From Dicyema japonicum (taxonomy: Eukaryota > Animalia > Dicyemida), in NCBI GenBank assembly GCA_011109175.1, contig RDEW01000087.1:1-64000 (forward strand): a stretch of 64,000 nt of DNA, in the 5' to 3' direction. The position numbers were made by a program, and so were the translations under genes. Below the pieces are notes generated by a model. The model was not told the DNA's origin, ran no database searches, and saw nothing but the letters and a program-made list of their open reading frames with translations. Shown piece by piece: positions 24,961 through 38,106 of this stretch (its first letter is position 1; each line of letters starts with the position of its first letter).

Positions 24961-24974
24961 TGGTGTTTATTTGG

Positions 24975-25200
24975 CTTATTTATTAACCCCGGATACACCG
25001 AGAAAGAAGTTAAAGTAAACAACAAATTAAGTGTATCCAGTTTTTACTTCTACAGAAACAGAGTCCTTCCGGAATCAGCATAAAGGGTAAAAGACGTCAA
25101 TAGTGAGTTGTGGAAACCTCTCCAGTAGATTGGGGGAGAGCAAATGATCCTTTTTCGTGCCTGCCTGGCACTGGGCGTCACGTGGCTCTATATGAGAACT
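24975..25200 (-). mobile_element. Non-LTR 3' end with hairpin tail (copy of 4400-4660)
   Basis: Near-identical reverse complement of 4450-4660; GGATACAC/GTGTATCC stem. Confidence 0.6.
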
Positions 25201-26149
25201 TATTTGGCTTAAATAATAATAACTTTCACATTCTAAACTTCTGTCTAAGAATAAAGTTATGTTCACGTCATAGGATTTGTGATAAAAAAGAAAGATAAAA
25301 GAGCTATTTCTCTTCGGAGCTGAAGCCTTTAAAAGTCTTTCGGGGTTGGCAAGAAGGCTTTCTCCATGTGTTCTTTCTTTGGATTAATTAGTTGTGACTG
25401 TTTGTGGTAGGTTTATTAAATATTGTAAGCTCCTTTTGTTAGACTATACTTTTCCTATACTACATTCTTATGTTTATGGTTTTTAATCTCACTTTATCTG
25501 CGGAATATGTATTTTATGTTCTTTGATTTTTAAAATATCTGCATGTCCAATACTGGTGGAGACTGAGTTGCATTTGCCACAAAGTGATAAAGGCATGTAT
25601 ACCAACAAAGTACATTAACTGAAATTTTAGATTAACTAACATACATTTATCAACACTATTTTACATGATAGCTTTCATACAGGTTGATCTACTACTATGA
25701 GAAGGATTTGGGATGTTCGATAGTTGAACGGAATAAAAAGTTTATTGATTTTTAACAGTTAGGATCCCAGGAAACAATGAGCCTTGCGAAAAACGTTGTT
25801 TAGATTTTATGCTGATAGGGTTCTCCTCAGCAGAAAAAAGAACCTCCAATATCTCAAGATGTTAATTGTTCTTTTATACTGCGGTAAAAAAGCGTTGTTC
25901 TCAGTTTTTTATGAACAGATAAATGATTAAATATTATTCAGGCCACAGGAATCCAAAATTAATGACCTCATATTTTGAGGCTTTCAGAGATAGACTAAGC
26001 CTCTCTAGTTGAAATATTATTATTATAGGCACGTACGCGATGCCAAGATCATGACAAAGCATGTGAAACACGAAAAGTTAACAATCTAATTAACGTCCCC
26101 CATCTGTTTCGATCAGTTGCCATGTTCCGTAGCGTATCCTGAGATCTTC

Positions 26150-26550
26150 ATCTAGAATAACCGTCAGTGTTGTCATCGGCCGGCCGCGGAAACGAGAAGC
26201 TTCTAAGACAAAATACTCCTCCATTGCTATGTTGGCAGGGGTCCCAATATCGTGGCGGAGTATGTGTCCAAAGAGCTTTCATCTTGAATCAGTAATCTCA
26301 CATGATATTGGCTCAGTTCCTGTTCTCTTTTATAAGATTTCAAAAAACTCCTTCGATATTTTTGTCTCTTGGAGACATCCGATTGACATCTTGTATTTTG
26401 AAAGGTCTTTACAAAGTTCTTTTCTTTTCCATGCACTAGAGAGTCTTTTGACATTGAACGTTAAAAGAAAGAAGTCATTTATGTTGCAATTTTTGTGTTT
26501 TTCAGACATACTTTACAAGAGGGACGTCACCACCTCAACCAAAAAATATT
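26150..26550 (-). mobile_element. RTE LINE 5' end and APE start
   Basis: 5' motif GGTTGAGGTGGTGACGTCCCTC followed by LTFNVKRL..KYKMSIGCLQETK. Confidence 0.75.
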
Positions 26551-28006
26551 AGTTTTCTTAAATTGTCAAAAACGCAATTTAGCCATCTATCGTGCAATCA
26601 TTTAAGCACCATATGTTCAAAGGTATAGATCAACATTCCGTAACACAGTTAATTCCAACACTGACCAGAGCTTTCTTTAAAGAATACTCACATAATCCTC
26701 TAAATTTGTGACTATGATCAAGACAGTGACAAATAATTAAATAATCCCTGATATCAAGTACTAACAATATGGATTATAACAATAAATGACATTCAACAAC
26801 AATCATTTTAGAACTTTATATAAGGACTTGTCTTTCTTAAATGCTACTTGGTGAATAACAAATTAAAAACCCACGATTGGTATGAAATTAGTTAACTGTT
26901 AATTAAAGCTTTAAACAAATTATAATGCTATCTTATTTTTGTATGTCTGTTCGATGATATAATCGTTAATGTTTTGAAGAAAATAATCAATCTCAGCGAC
27001 AGATTCCTAGAAATTATGGCAGAATGATTAATCGTTAGGGTATAATCTCTCGATTCAAAAAAATATTACTTTTTTTTGTGACAGGGACACGAACAATCAA
27101 TTTGGGATCAATGATTCATACTTAGCCTCTTACCACCTATGTCAAAATGATTCAAGAGCTTACTCAACTGCCGAAAAGGCCAAGAGATCAAAGGGAGCAA
27201 AATACAACGTCCTACCCTAGGATGTTTTGTTCGTTCCACACGCAATTGGACCATCCATTTCCTTTGCATCTTCGAAGCTCGAAATCCTGAGTCGTTTAAG
27301 GAATCGGATTTCTCCATCTACTGGAGAAGTCATCGAACGCTGCTAACAATTTTTAGCAAATCTTGCTCACAATCCTGAGAAAGAATAGCCACAAAATCAG
27401 GACGGCTGCCTTATGGCTTTTGAATGGATCTGGTAAAGCTGTTTTATTCTGACTATTTCTAACTTGATGACACAGGTGTTTTTGTAACAGAACGTTTAAA
27501 GAATTAATAGATTCTTGTTTCAGAGGCATTACTAATAAGTCAGAAATAAAAATGTGACTTTAAAAAAATTTCATTATTATGCCTGAGACAAATCAGCAAA
27601 TTATTTAAGACATTCGTATGTTGTGTAAGACTTTGTTATGTAAGACTTCTCTAATTGCGAGTAATTTGTTCCTCTAATGCGCAATCGGTATTCGAGAAAA
27701 ACAGGGTCAAGATCAAGGAAGAAGCTTCACGGATACCAACACTTAACTGTTTTAAACGAACCCTAAAGAGTTTATTAGAGAGTTTTTTTTTAGATGAGAA
27801 AAGGGTTCAATTAGAAAGTAAGCGAGGAAAGTTGTTAAAAATCAAATAGTAACTTTTCGGTTGGTTTAATAGTGTCTCTAAAAATTCAAAAATAAAAAAT
27901 TCAGACATATTAATCCATCATTTGAAATATTTTTAATAAATTTTATTAAATTAATAATAATTTAATAATTATAAAATAACCTAAATAAATAAATAATAAC
28001 CTATAA

Positions 28007-28983
28007 ATGACCCTATCTCTATGTGGATGTGAATTATTAATTATTTTAATAAGTCATGTAATTCTATATCAATTGGTTTATACAAATTGGGACCATAATC
28101 ATTCAAACTATGTTGAAGATGTATGTCCTCTTTCATGTTCAAAAAAATTAAATCCGATTACTTGGAGAGTACAAAACAAAGCATTTCTCTCTGCCAATAT
28201 AACAGTAAGATTTATGAAGAGATATAAAGTTTGTAATTTTCTATTAATATTAGACTATGAAGTTTATGTTTAATAATGAAAATTCCAAATTATATAGAAT
28301 TTCATTAAAAAAAAGATTGTTCTAATTTTATTAGCGCCAAAGATTAAATTATCTTTATATTTTACATTTGGCTTAGCGTCTAATGACCAATATCACCTTG
28401 ACAAGATAGATTTTTTTATTCGTAATTATAATTATTCATTTTAGATAATGATAATTATACGATTACAATTGATAGACATTTGATTGATAATCATCATTTT
28501 TATTATTGTCAAATTATTTTTAAAAAGTTTTCTCGCCATATTTCTTACAATATTTCTTGTTTAACAACCAAATTATTCCTTAATAAAAGAACTGGTAAAT
28601 TTAGCCAAATGGGTTTTTTATTTATATATTTTAGGGTCATTTTGCAAGAATAACACTATTGAAACAACAGTCTCTCCAGACATTACTAAAATTAAAAATG
28701 AGTCAACTCAAATGATAACTCCAAATATTACTAGAACTGAAATTAAAAATGTGTCAACTCAAATGATAACTCCAAATTTATAGAACTGAAATTAATACGA
28801 AGTCAACTCAAAAAATGATAACTCTAAATAATAATACTTTAATAAAAAGTAATTCATCTATCGAACAGTGATACCCGTCTGTATTATATAATATTTATTA
28901 TAATCATTGCCATTGCTAATTACTACAAGAGGTTTAGGAACAGACCTGTCGAAATTAGTAGATCAATATTACTTAAATTTTAA
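28007..28983 (+). pseudogene. Family B type I membrane protein, frameshifted copy
   Basis: Same exon/intron layout as 45798-46785 but with several 1-2 nt deletions (first in the A8 run at about 28307-28314). Confidence 0.7.
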
Positions 28984-29809
28984 TTTTAAAACTTTTCACG
29001 GACTCTATTTTGTTTTTCTCTTTGTTGGTTATCTTATAACAATTATATTCACTATTAAACCAGTGATTTGTGGCAATACGCACAATAAGTAAAGGTCGAC
29101 AAAACCAGTCTCTTAATTATTAAGAAAAGGAGACGCTAAATTAATTATTCACATTCAAATCACAATGACACAAAAATAGATAGTACCTAGGACATCGAGA
29201 AATGCATATGAAAAAAGTTAGCAGGATATTAAAAATATGGGATTATTAACATATTTTTTCACAATAAGTAGTGCTGAATTTCATTCTGTCACTTTGGAAA
29301 TTATCGATTTCAAGAACAAGACCGTCTTGGGCCCTAAGACTTTTGTTGTCTTGAAACCACCGAACTGCACGAGGAATGTTTTCATCCCGTTGGGAATTTG
29401 CTATCGTTCCATATGAGACCAGTCCAAAATGCAGTGGTGGCAAACGAAAGTGCATTTATAACCTCAATTTGAGAGAGGAATGTCTTGGAAACCCGCACTC
29501 ATCTAGTCGACAGTAAATGATAGCCATATAAATTGATCAAATGTCCAAAACATAATTATGGCTCATTACTTACTATAAGAGCAAGATAGAGCTAGAAGAC
29601 TAATCACACTGGCTCATCATCAGCAGGCTGCTAATTTCATTTATTTTAAATACAATTTTTTACCTGTTCGTCTTTTCCTTAAAGGAGGATTGGATATGAA
29701 CAGTAAAATATATTTAATTCAAAAGAAGTATTAAGAATATAATTAATCCAAGTTTTACTTTATGGAATATGTCTAATTTTATGATTGATATTCGACTGAA
29801 TGCACATGC

Positions 29810-30050
29810 TTATTATTATTAAGCACTCTCGCATTGTATTGACAAAACATGTGCATATCGAAGAACTAGTCATCGTATTCAACGTTCATCTGTCATAAGC
29901 AATCTCTCATAGTCTATCAGATCCTCTCATTATCTCCGGCTTTTCCGATCTTTTGAAGGTACAGTCGAATGCTATCTGGATTGTGATGCTCGGTCGTTCA
30001 ATGAATCGGGGTGCGTCAGGCGAACTTTTCCATGGTTGTCTGTATGTTAT
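29810..30050 (-). mobile_element. RTE LINE 3' fragment
   Basis: DRLREIAYDR followed by the GCACATG...GTGCTTAATAATAAT tail; duplicated at about 56415-56640. Confidence 0.5.
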
Positions 30051-30089
30051 TCAACATATTTAAAATTTATAAAACCAATTATTTTAAGT

Positions 30090-30210
30090 GTACATAACAA
30101 AGCACTTGTAACTGCCAATATAACAGTATCATTTATGAAGGATTATAAAGTTTGTAATTTTCTATTAACATTAGAATATGAAGTTTATGTTTAATAAGGA
30201 AAATTACAAT
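30090..30210 (+). pseudogene. Family B gene fragment (end of exon 1, intron, start of exon 2)
   Basis: NKALVTANITVSFMKDYK plus a micro-intron plus MKFMFNKEN; duplicated at about 56685-56800. Confidence 0.55.
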
Positions 30211-30864
30211 CACAGTCATTGTGTTATGTCACAAAAGAGGCAAATATAGTTATTCACTAACACTAATTAATTGTATTAATATGGGGGTTTGGTTTATTTG
30301 ATATTAATGATAATAAGTATTCTCTATTAAATAATGTGATTAACCATTATTGATTTAAAAAAAGTTCAATAATTTCATTTTTGAGTTAACACGTTAAATA
30401 AATTATTCTACTGGATGCAAGTTTTAGAGAATTTTTATTTTGGTTAAGCAGATTTAACAAGAATTGACTTGGTATTGATTGCATGATTGCTAATTCGAGA
30501 TTTTTGTGTTTTAATGACATATATAGTTGACCTATTATAAATATGTGATTTTATCAGTCAAATTCTACCAACTACTAACTTTTTAGAACACGTGGAATAA
30601 TAATCCACAAATCACCTTAAATGTAATTTTTTGGCGAAAAGCGAGAGTCCGACCATAGCTTATTAACTGAACATTGTATACTAATGAATTTGCATTTAAC
30701 AAAGATTGTGTTCATCTTCCAAGAAGACAATGTCAATTTCGTATAATGTTAGAGAATTGTTTGGCTCATCAATTATACAAGCAAAAACCAACGAGAAATC
30801 ATATTTTGTTAAAATTAAATAATTTAAAAGACATGATTTATCTTAATGGATACTCCATGTAGGA

Positions 30865-32760
30865 TTTTTATTTTATTAACCCCGAAATCACTAGAAAGAT
30901 AATAAAATTTATCGTCTAATTAAGTGATCCAGGTATCCATCTTAGTCCTTTTCATCCAGTCCTTTTCATGCGGTTTATCTACACAATGGGGAAGGTTTCT
31001 TCTCATATCTTGGGCAGGCGTCCATATATAGTCTGATGTCCGGCCCGAAGGGATTTTCAAGGACTTTGCCATCTTAAGGAAATTCTTTTGACATTCTGTA
31101 AGGTATTCCATGATTGGGGGGATGTTTAGTATTCTCCGTAGCAACAAAGTGGACATCTTTTTCGACGATACAGAAGTATTCTGAGACATCGGTTTTGTAA
31201 AACTTCCAGCTTGATCTGTGCAGATAGTGATAAGCACAGGCATACTCGATACTAGGTAGAACAAATTGTTTGTATAGAAGCTCTAACGATGGGCGGGAAG
31301 ATACTCGAGAGTGAGTGAAAGCCAAAGACCATCAGGTTTAATAGATCTTGCATGGACCGTGTCGCCTCTTCGATTCTTCAATGTTTCACTGCGACCAGGA
31401 GATCATTCGCATACGATAAAGAATTGTGTTTTTGGTGTTTGGGGATGGGAGGTCACTGAGGAACATGTTGAAGAGCATTGTTGATAACGGTGATCTTTGT
31501 GGACTCCATTTGGAAGGTATCGCGGTTTTGATTTTTGATTGTTTTCCATCACTTGGCCCATTCGATGTTGAAGTTAGCCAACAATAACTTGAATTTAGAA
31601 TGGATCGACGTCGAAAAATTTTTGCTGTAAGGCTCTTCCGGGATACAGAGTCAAAAGCCTGTTCTAAATTCACTGAGACCAAGCACGGTCTCTCTTGTAG
31701 ATTTGGGGTATTCAGGCCGTCCGAATTGAATTGAACCATAATTTGTTGTTGAGTCTCGCGGAATCCGTGTAGAAAAAATGCTAGAGTTATGAAAGGACGG
31801 ATCTTGAGAAGGACCAGATTTATAACACTCCTGATAAGTCGCAGATGATGGATACCAAGCGGTAGGAGGACAGGCAGTTTGGTGGTTTGTTTTTCTTCAG
31901 GATAGGGTGTATCAAAGATTTCTTCCATATTGACGGATCTTGTTCCCGTTAATTGAGAGGTTAAAAATTTATGTTATTGAGGCTGTCGCAAAAAGACCCA
32001 GGTGTTTCAGTTCGAGAATGGAGAAGTCATCTGAACCGCGGGACGAAGAGTTATTCATTTTCCTAATTACTAGTGCACCATTGAAGGGTCGAAGAAAGTC
32101 ATGTTGGGGCATATATTCCGTCGACCATGACCTGAACGAACATCCAGGTCTTTTGAATATGGGTACTTCAAAATGTCACTAAAATTTGGACATGGCTCTC
32201 GATGTCCAATTTAATGCGGAGAGTTTCCTTATCGATTTCCATATTACAGTGGGGAAGCATTGTTCGTAACTTTTCAGAGAAAAGCTTTCCAACGTTCTTT
32301 GTTGTGTTTTGTGATGTTCCATGTTATTTCTTAATTCAGTATTGATATATTCAGTTACGTTTACTGATTGTCTTCCGAAATTCTTTAGCTTATTTCTCGT
32401 TTGGATTAGATCTCGCGTTTCAGAATCAATTGGGTGTATGGACATTGAGGACGACCTATCAGAATGCATCTTTTGCGAGCTCGGAGTATAATTTCGTTGA
32501 AGTATTTAACAACAGCGTCGATAGATCCGAAGTTCTCTATCCGAAAGGCCTGAAGTTGTAGTTCGATAAAAAATAAAAGTTCACATTGGTTCTCGAAGTG
32601 TTCATTAATTTATGTTTTTGTGGGATCCTCATGAAGATCTGGTTATGGTCGGTATGTAAGTCGTATATAACATTCCATGAAATGATAGCCACAAGAGAAA
32701 GGGTGGCAAAAAATGACGGGTGAAGTAGGGGTCCCTCCGTAACTTCTAGAATCCAGTAGT
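30865..32760 (-). mobile_element. Degraded L2/Jockey-like LINE with hairpin tail
   Basis: VNLEQAFDSVSR, PQRSPLSTMLFNMFLSDLP, LYKQFVLPSIEYAC; tail at 30870-30935. Confidence 0.8.
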
Positions 32761-33300
32761 AGTCATTTTAGTGAATTAGTGCAAAGGATGTAGTCAATCT
32801 GGTTGAATATTGTTATAGACTGCCCATTAATCCCTTATCGTTAGTCCACCCAAGTCGTCTTGTGTTTAGCGGGATGTTCAAAATTCGTATTAAACAGATA
32901 TAGGTTAGTTGCTCATCAGAAATCAACAATGGAGTCACGCAAAGATTTTGAATCCCCTTCCATGAAATCTAAAGATCCTCACCATTCCTTTGTACCCCAG
33001 CCTTCGATTAAATCACCACATATGATTGTTAGAGTAGAATGTCGCAGGTACATATATGCTCGGGATATATTCATATAAAATTTCTACAGTTCTGCAATGT
33101 TTACTGATATTCTGCTAGTTTCGGGGCATGAACATTGATTATTGTCATCAATGATTTCTTGCTGGACGGGGATATCCGAATTTGGATTACAGCGATGGGG
33201 TCATTGATGCTCCATACTTTTTGTAGACGAGCAGCCAAAAGTATACTGATTCCAAAACCAAGTCACAGTGCTCTACTTCAACCAATTAGTCTTAATAAAA
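32760..33300 (-). mobile_element. RTE-type APE fragment
   Basis: IINVHAP, LFNTNFEHPAKHKTTW, FNQIDYILC. Confidence 0.65.
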
Positions 33301-33957
33301 TCTTTGGAATGTGTGGTGTTGTTAGAATTAAAAGATAAAAATATTGGTTATCGGAGAAAGAGATGAAGTTCTCTAAGAAAAAAATGATTTTTATATGTTG
33401 ATTAACTACAATAAAGATTATTATGATTTATTTAATTGAAATAAAATTATTTTATTAATGAAATAAATTTCCTATACCAATTCTCATTTATTCTTTAAGG
33501 ATTTCCCTGACTGAGTAGTTGTCAATGTGAGGCTCGAAATGGAAAGCTAATGACACAAGTGGTGTCACAACCCAGCTATTTCCTATCCTTCGCATTTAGT
33601 TTTTGTTCAAATTTGTTTTTAACCCTGTTCCTTGCTGCTCAGTTGGAAATTCAGATAATGTGTCTATGTTGATCTAATTACAGTTTGATAGCCCTAATGA
33701 TATTGCCATAAGGTTTAGGTGTGTCCTAATTTCACAGAAAATAACTCTTGAAGATCCTTCTGCGATCCGTCCGGGTAGTGTAAATCTGACAAATGAGACC
33801 ATTACCTGCGTCCAAAATAAAGACAAGAAACGCTATATAAATCATTTTAAAGGGGAAGTATATGAGTAATATTTAAAATGATTTATGAAAACACACTCAA
33901 ATTAATTAATTTTTATGACCAAATCACCATTAAACCAAACTTAAATTGTACCAAATG

Positions 33958-34431
33958 TTAATCCCTATTCTTTACTTTAAATCTGAAAGAAACACAAAAA
34001 ATTATCCTCCCTTTAGACTTTAATTTAATTTTAAATTCGATCACTACTCTCTTAAATATAAAAATATAATAACCCTCTCTGAAAGTATTACATATTCATC
34101 TCGAAAAGTAAACGAATAATATTTTCCAGATCTCAGTGTGCATCCAAAACACTCAATTTCTCTATTCCAATTCAAATGTTCATGATTGATAAATGTAACT
34201 CCAGATGTTCCTCTAAAAAAATCTAATATGTATATCATATTAATAGACTTGATCTTTAAATTCATGAAAAATTTATGTAGTGAATTATTTGCTAATATTC
34301 GAATGAAATAGACAGTCATTGTGCAATTACTACGTCCTAATATTGCTTTATTTTTAAGTACCACTATTGTTAAACCTAATTTTTCTTGACTCGATAATAA
34401 ACAATAAAATCCACGAAATTACAACATACAT
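33958..34431 (-). CDS. Putative secreted protein, family C (141 aa)
   Basis: ATG at 34431, introns 34337-34361 and 34051-34073, TAA at 33958-33960; spliced length 426 nt. Signal peptide MYVVISWILLFIIES. Exon-like sequence may continue, with stops, to about 33600. Confidence 0.55.
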
Positions 34432-34689
34432 TTGTTTTAAATTTTATTATAATTTGTGTAAAATTTGGTTTGCCAATAAAAAATAGAAATAGAATAAAAC
34501 AACATATCAAAAGGATAGGAAGTTAGAAATTGTCTCCTGAACTGAAAAGTTCCAGGATGTGATGGCGTCTATAATTTCTTCTTTAAGATGTTTAAATCTT
34601 TCCATGATGTAATTTTCAATGAAATGGTGAAAGTTTTGAATATGAATCTACTCCGGGGATCACCTACCTTGATCCGAAATTTAGTAATC

Positions 34690-34910
34690 CGGATTCTCCT
34701 AATGATCTATGCCGATAAGATGTATTCCATCGCTCTATAACTGATGACAAATTGTATTAATCAAAAACTTGTGTAGTATTTGGGCGAATTTAATCTCCTC
34801 AGTGAAACTTAATTGGCATAAGATGCCTAAGGAATAATCTCTCATTATTGAATCACTCAATATAGTAAATGAGAGTGGATTGTTTACAACATGGATAGAT
34901 GTCAAAATCC
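34690..34910 (+). mobile_element. R4/Dong-like RT fragment
   Basis: LFTTWIDVK preceded by EFNLLSE; duplicated at about 58490-58720. Confidence 0.45.
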
Positions 34911-36232
34911 GAAATCTGACGTAAATCTTTATTCTCTGAATACGGTATGTATAAAAAATATACTTTAGTTATCTCATCGATTTTATGTATAATTATGTTC
35001 GCTAACACTTTCTGGAATTTATTCATTAAAATAACTCATAATTTTTCAGTCTTTGTTTTGGCTTCAATTTGTTTTTTTAATAAGCGTATGTTATTTTATA
35101 GCGGCTTATGATGTTTGATGTCGTCGTGAAGATAATACCGAATACTCTTGTAGTGTGATGCAAAAGTTCGCACAGTAAGAATTGCAGCTTCACAACCTCC
35201 GGAGTGCCAATCATAATCTGGGGTGGTTGCAGGTGTTAGATAAGCCAGAGAAGAACTGTACTGCACTCTAGTTACAACTTAAGCGACGGAAACTAAATCC
35301 ACAGCAATGGCTCGACTCCTCCTTTTTTTACGAAATCCAGTAGTTTATTATTATTACCCCAGGATCACTTGGTCAAAGAGAAAGAAATAAAAGTTCTCAG
35401 CTAAGTGATCCCAGAGCGACAAGGAGAGGACAAGTCCAGCGGGGTATAGAGTCCTGTGCTCCTTCTCTCATCGGCCATGGAATCAGCTCATTTTTTATAT
35501 GTTTATGATATTTCGTTAGTATATTAAACAGAGGGCAGCTCGGTAGAGTGATATTTGAAAATTTCTCGTGACTCACATCTCTTGTGATGATATTTTGAAA
35601 AAAGGAGTTTCTCCTTCGTTATCTTGGCGAGAGGAAAGACTAAAAGGACTTTTTACTCCGTTTGGGGATATTCCTGGTCAGCTCAAACTCAAGCCAGCAA
35701 TTGGGCAGATTTAACTAAATTTAAATTTATTGAACAAGAAAAACAACGTCATAACCAGAATGAAAAAAATTCAAGTGCTCTAGGCCTCCCTCAACAGTCG
35801 CATTCTTGGACTTTCATCTGACATCTTGATTGCACGTTTGTGTTCAATCGCCTTTCCATAGTTTTCTTTTCAAAACGATGATTGTATATAGTTGTTTCCT
35901 CTATATTTATCCATATTGAAGCAGTCAGAGACAACTGCTCCTAGGTTGAATAATCTTCACTTGAGAGTAGTTAATGCTGTTAATTAATAAATTAAATTGT
36001 TGTCAAGAATCACTCCTCAAATGTCCTTGGATAAACCTCCTGGTTAAAAAGGATGACCTATACAAAGACGAACTGTAAGAGACTATACATATTAGACCTT
36101 GGCATTGATAAAGTGCTTAACATTATATGTGACTTTTATAATAAAATGAATCATAAATTTAATGGGAATAAGTGACCTACGTAGGGTATAATGTTTGAAA
36201 ACTGACAAATAACAAGAATAAAAGATTACAAA

Positions 36233-36510
36233 TCAATAAAATGAAACCAACACAATTCCATCCCCTCTAATAAACAGCATGTTAATATCTTCGTTTGATC
36301 TATTAATACAACAAGCATATTACACGTGACATTTATTTCAGTGATTTATTGTCAATTTCTACTGAGATTACCTTCTGTACATTATAATTACACCATATTG
36401 AAGTGTTGGTCGTATGCCTGTAGTTTGCCTGATATTTCTCTGTTATATCTCATTTTTATTAGTATTCTCTCGTTTAAACTTAATTTTAATAAATCAAATG
36501 GGTCTTCCAT
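36233..36510 (-). pseudogene. LSM3: U6 snRNA-associated Sm-like protein LSm3 pseudogene, copy 1
   Basis: MEDPFDLLKLSLNERILIKMRYNREISGKLQAYDQHFNMV..VISVEID..MLFIRGDGIVLVS; two in-frame TAA codons, frameshifts, and a retained 24-nt intron. Confidence 0.85.
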
Positions 36511-36594
36511 ATTTGATATTTGCTCCAGTTTAACAGATATTGTTATTTTTAAATTATTAATTTTAATTTAATTAATTTATTGAATTAAATTTTT

Positions 36595-38106
36595 GCATAA
36601 TGGTTGAGGTTGGTGACGCATCTCAAATTGCACTAATGTCTTTCACTATTTTCAAACTCTCTGTTCACGTCCTCGATCAAAAAGAAGTCACTCTGCCGGG
36701 ATCTGAAACGATACTGCAAGAGACAAAAGTTAAAGAAGGACTTAACGAACAAATTGCTGACCACGACCTTATTTTGCTTCTTTGGACTGTCTCTTCTACG
36801 GAATTGGCTTTGCAGTGGAAATCAGACTTTGGAAATATACAAAAAGAATATAAAAAGTGAATGACAGAATTTGCGTAATTCAAGTGGAAACTGGATTTAA
36901 CTCTACAATTATAAATGTATATGCACCTATATTTCCAAAAGTATGTATAAACCCTACGGAACTGTATGACTTTTACAGTTCACTATCCACAATTCTTATG
37001 GAAATATCCACGAGCTACCTACTTTACATAAGTGGAGATGGAACGCGAAGGTCGGAAAAGGAGCCCGAGAACTGAGCTTCATATGTATTCATGTGAGAGA
37101 TCGGAGGAACATGTCTGGAGCAACTATGGCCAACTTCGTGATTAATAAACAATTATTCAATTTCAACACGCTGTAAGCCATATCACGACCTGGACTGGAG
37201 AACGCCGAGACTCAGATATACATGTAATCAAAATATATAACCAAATTGACTACATTCTGTGTCGACAATCACAGAAAGCCCTATTCTCAGATGCCCGAAC
37301 ATATGGAGAAACGCTAACATCGAGTGACCATAAACTATTGGTAATTAAACTTCTCCTATAAAAGATTTTGGATTAACACAGTCAAAAACAGACACAGAGA
37401 AGTTAGATATGCAGTCGAACTCTTAGGAAACAATCCTGTCCACAGAAATAACTATTTAGTAAAAATATCACAAACCATAGAACCGATCATCAATCTACGT
37501 GCTGAAAGTTTATGGAATAAACTCGTAAACAAAATAAAATCAGTGGCTAATCACACGATTGGGACAATTCCCAAAACCTTCAAAGGGAATACACGACCCA
37601 CATATAGATCACCTCTCCCATTTAAAAAGGATCTACGTATCAAAAGCATGAACACTCCAACAAAGTGAGAGCAGCTGAGTTCAAAATCTAAAGAAACAAA
37701 ATTATGCGAGAAATCAAAAAATGTCAGATAAACCACGAAACAGAGCTACAAAACCTTGCAAATAAAGTAGGAAAGTAGAAGCACGATGCGGAAATGTATG
37801 CATAGTAAAGAAGCTAGCGCAAAAGAAGAAATCTGAAAATCTAAAAGTTCATGATGAACTCGGAAGAATCATATACAACAATCAAGAACGCACAGACACC
37901 ATAGCTGATCATTTCGAAAAATATTTCAATTTTGATAACGAAGAAACGCTTTATCTGTTTGATGGAGTCCCCAGAAAGTTATCACCAGAAATAACTTTAA
38001 CAGAAGTTAAAAAGGTTGTGACCAGACTAAACAACTCAAAAGTTCCAAGCCCAGATAATGTTAATGCAGAGCTTATAAAATACGCTCCTGAAGAGTTACA
38101 AAAACT
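36595..38106 (+). mobile_element. Degraded RTE LINE 5' half, cut off at the Merlin element
   Basis: 5' motif at 36601; NDRICVIQV..IINVYAP, YNQIDYILC, SDH; RT start PDNVNAELIKY. Confidence 0.75.

Larger units (their letters stand above)
26680..37010 (+). repeat. Segmental duplication copy 1
   Basis: Colinear with 54535-63820 and, in part, 44910-51080. Confidence 0.9.

Noticed and set aside
27108-27317. Duplicated 69-aa ORF (also 54966-55175) as a conserved gene
   Set aside because: Similarity comes from the segmental duplication; DNA also matches the repeat-derived segment at 42720-42800 and is absent from copy 2.
29246-29560. DESGF/DECGF as a Tc1/IS630 DDE motif (also about 47280-47330)
   Set aside because: Surrounding residues do not fit and frames disagree between copies; left as unidentified decayed sequence.
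36320-36400. TAA reassigned to an amino acid (alternative genetic code)
   Set aside because: Intact genes here end in TAA, TAG and TGA, and the LSm3 stops co-occur with frameshifts.
36326-36571. Conserved hydrophobic ORF (also 63115-63363)
   Set aside because: GTG-start antisense shadow of LSm3.
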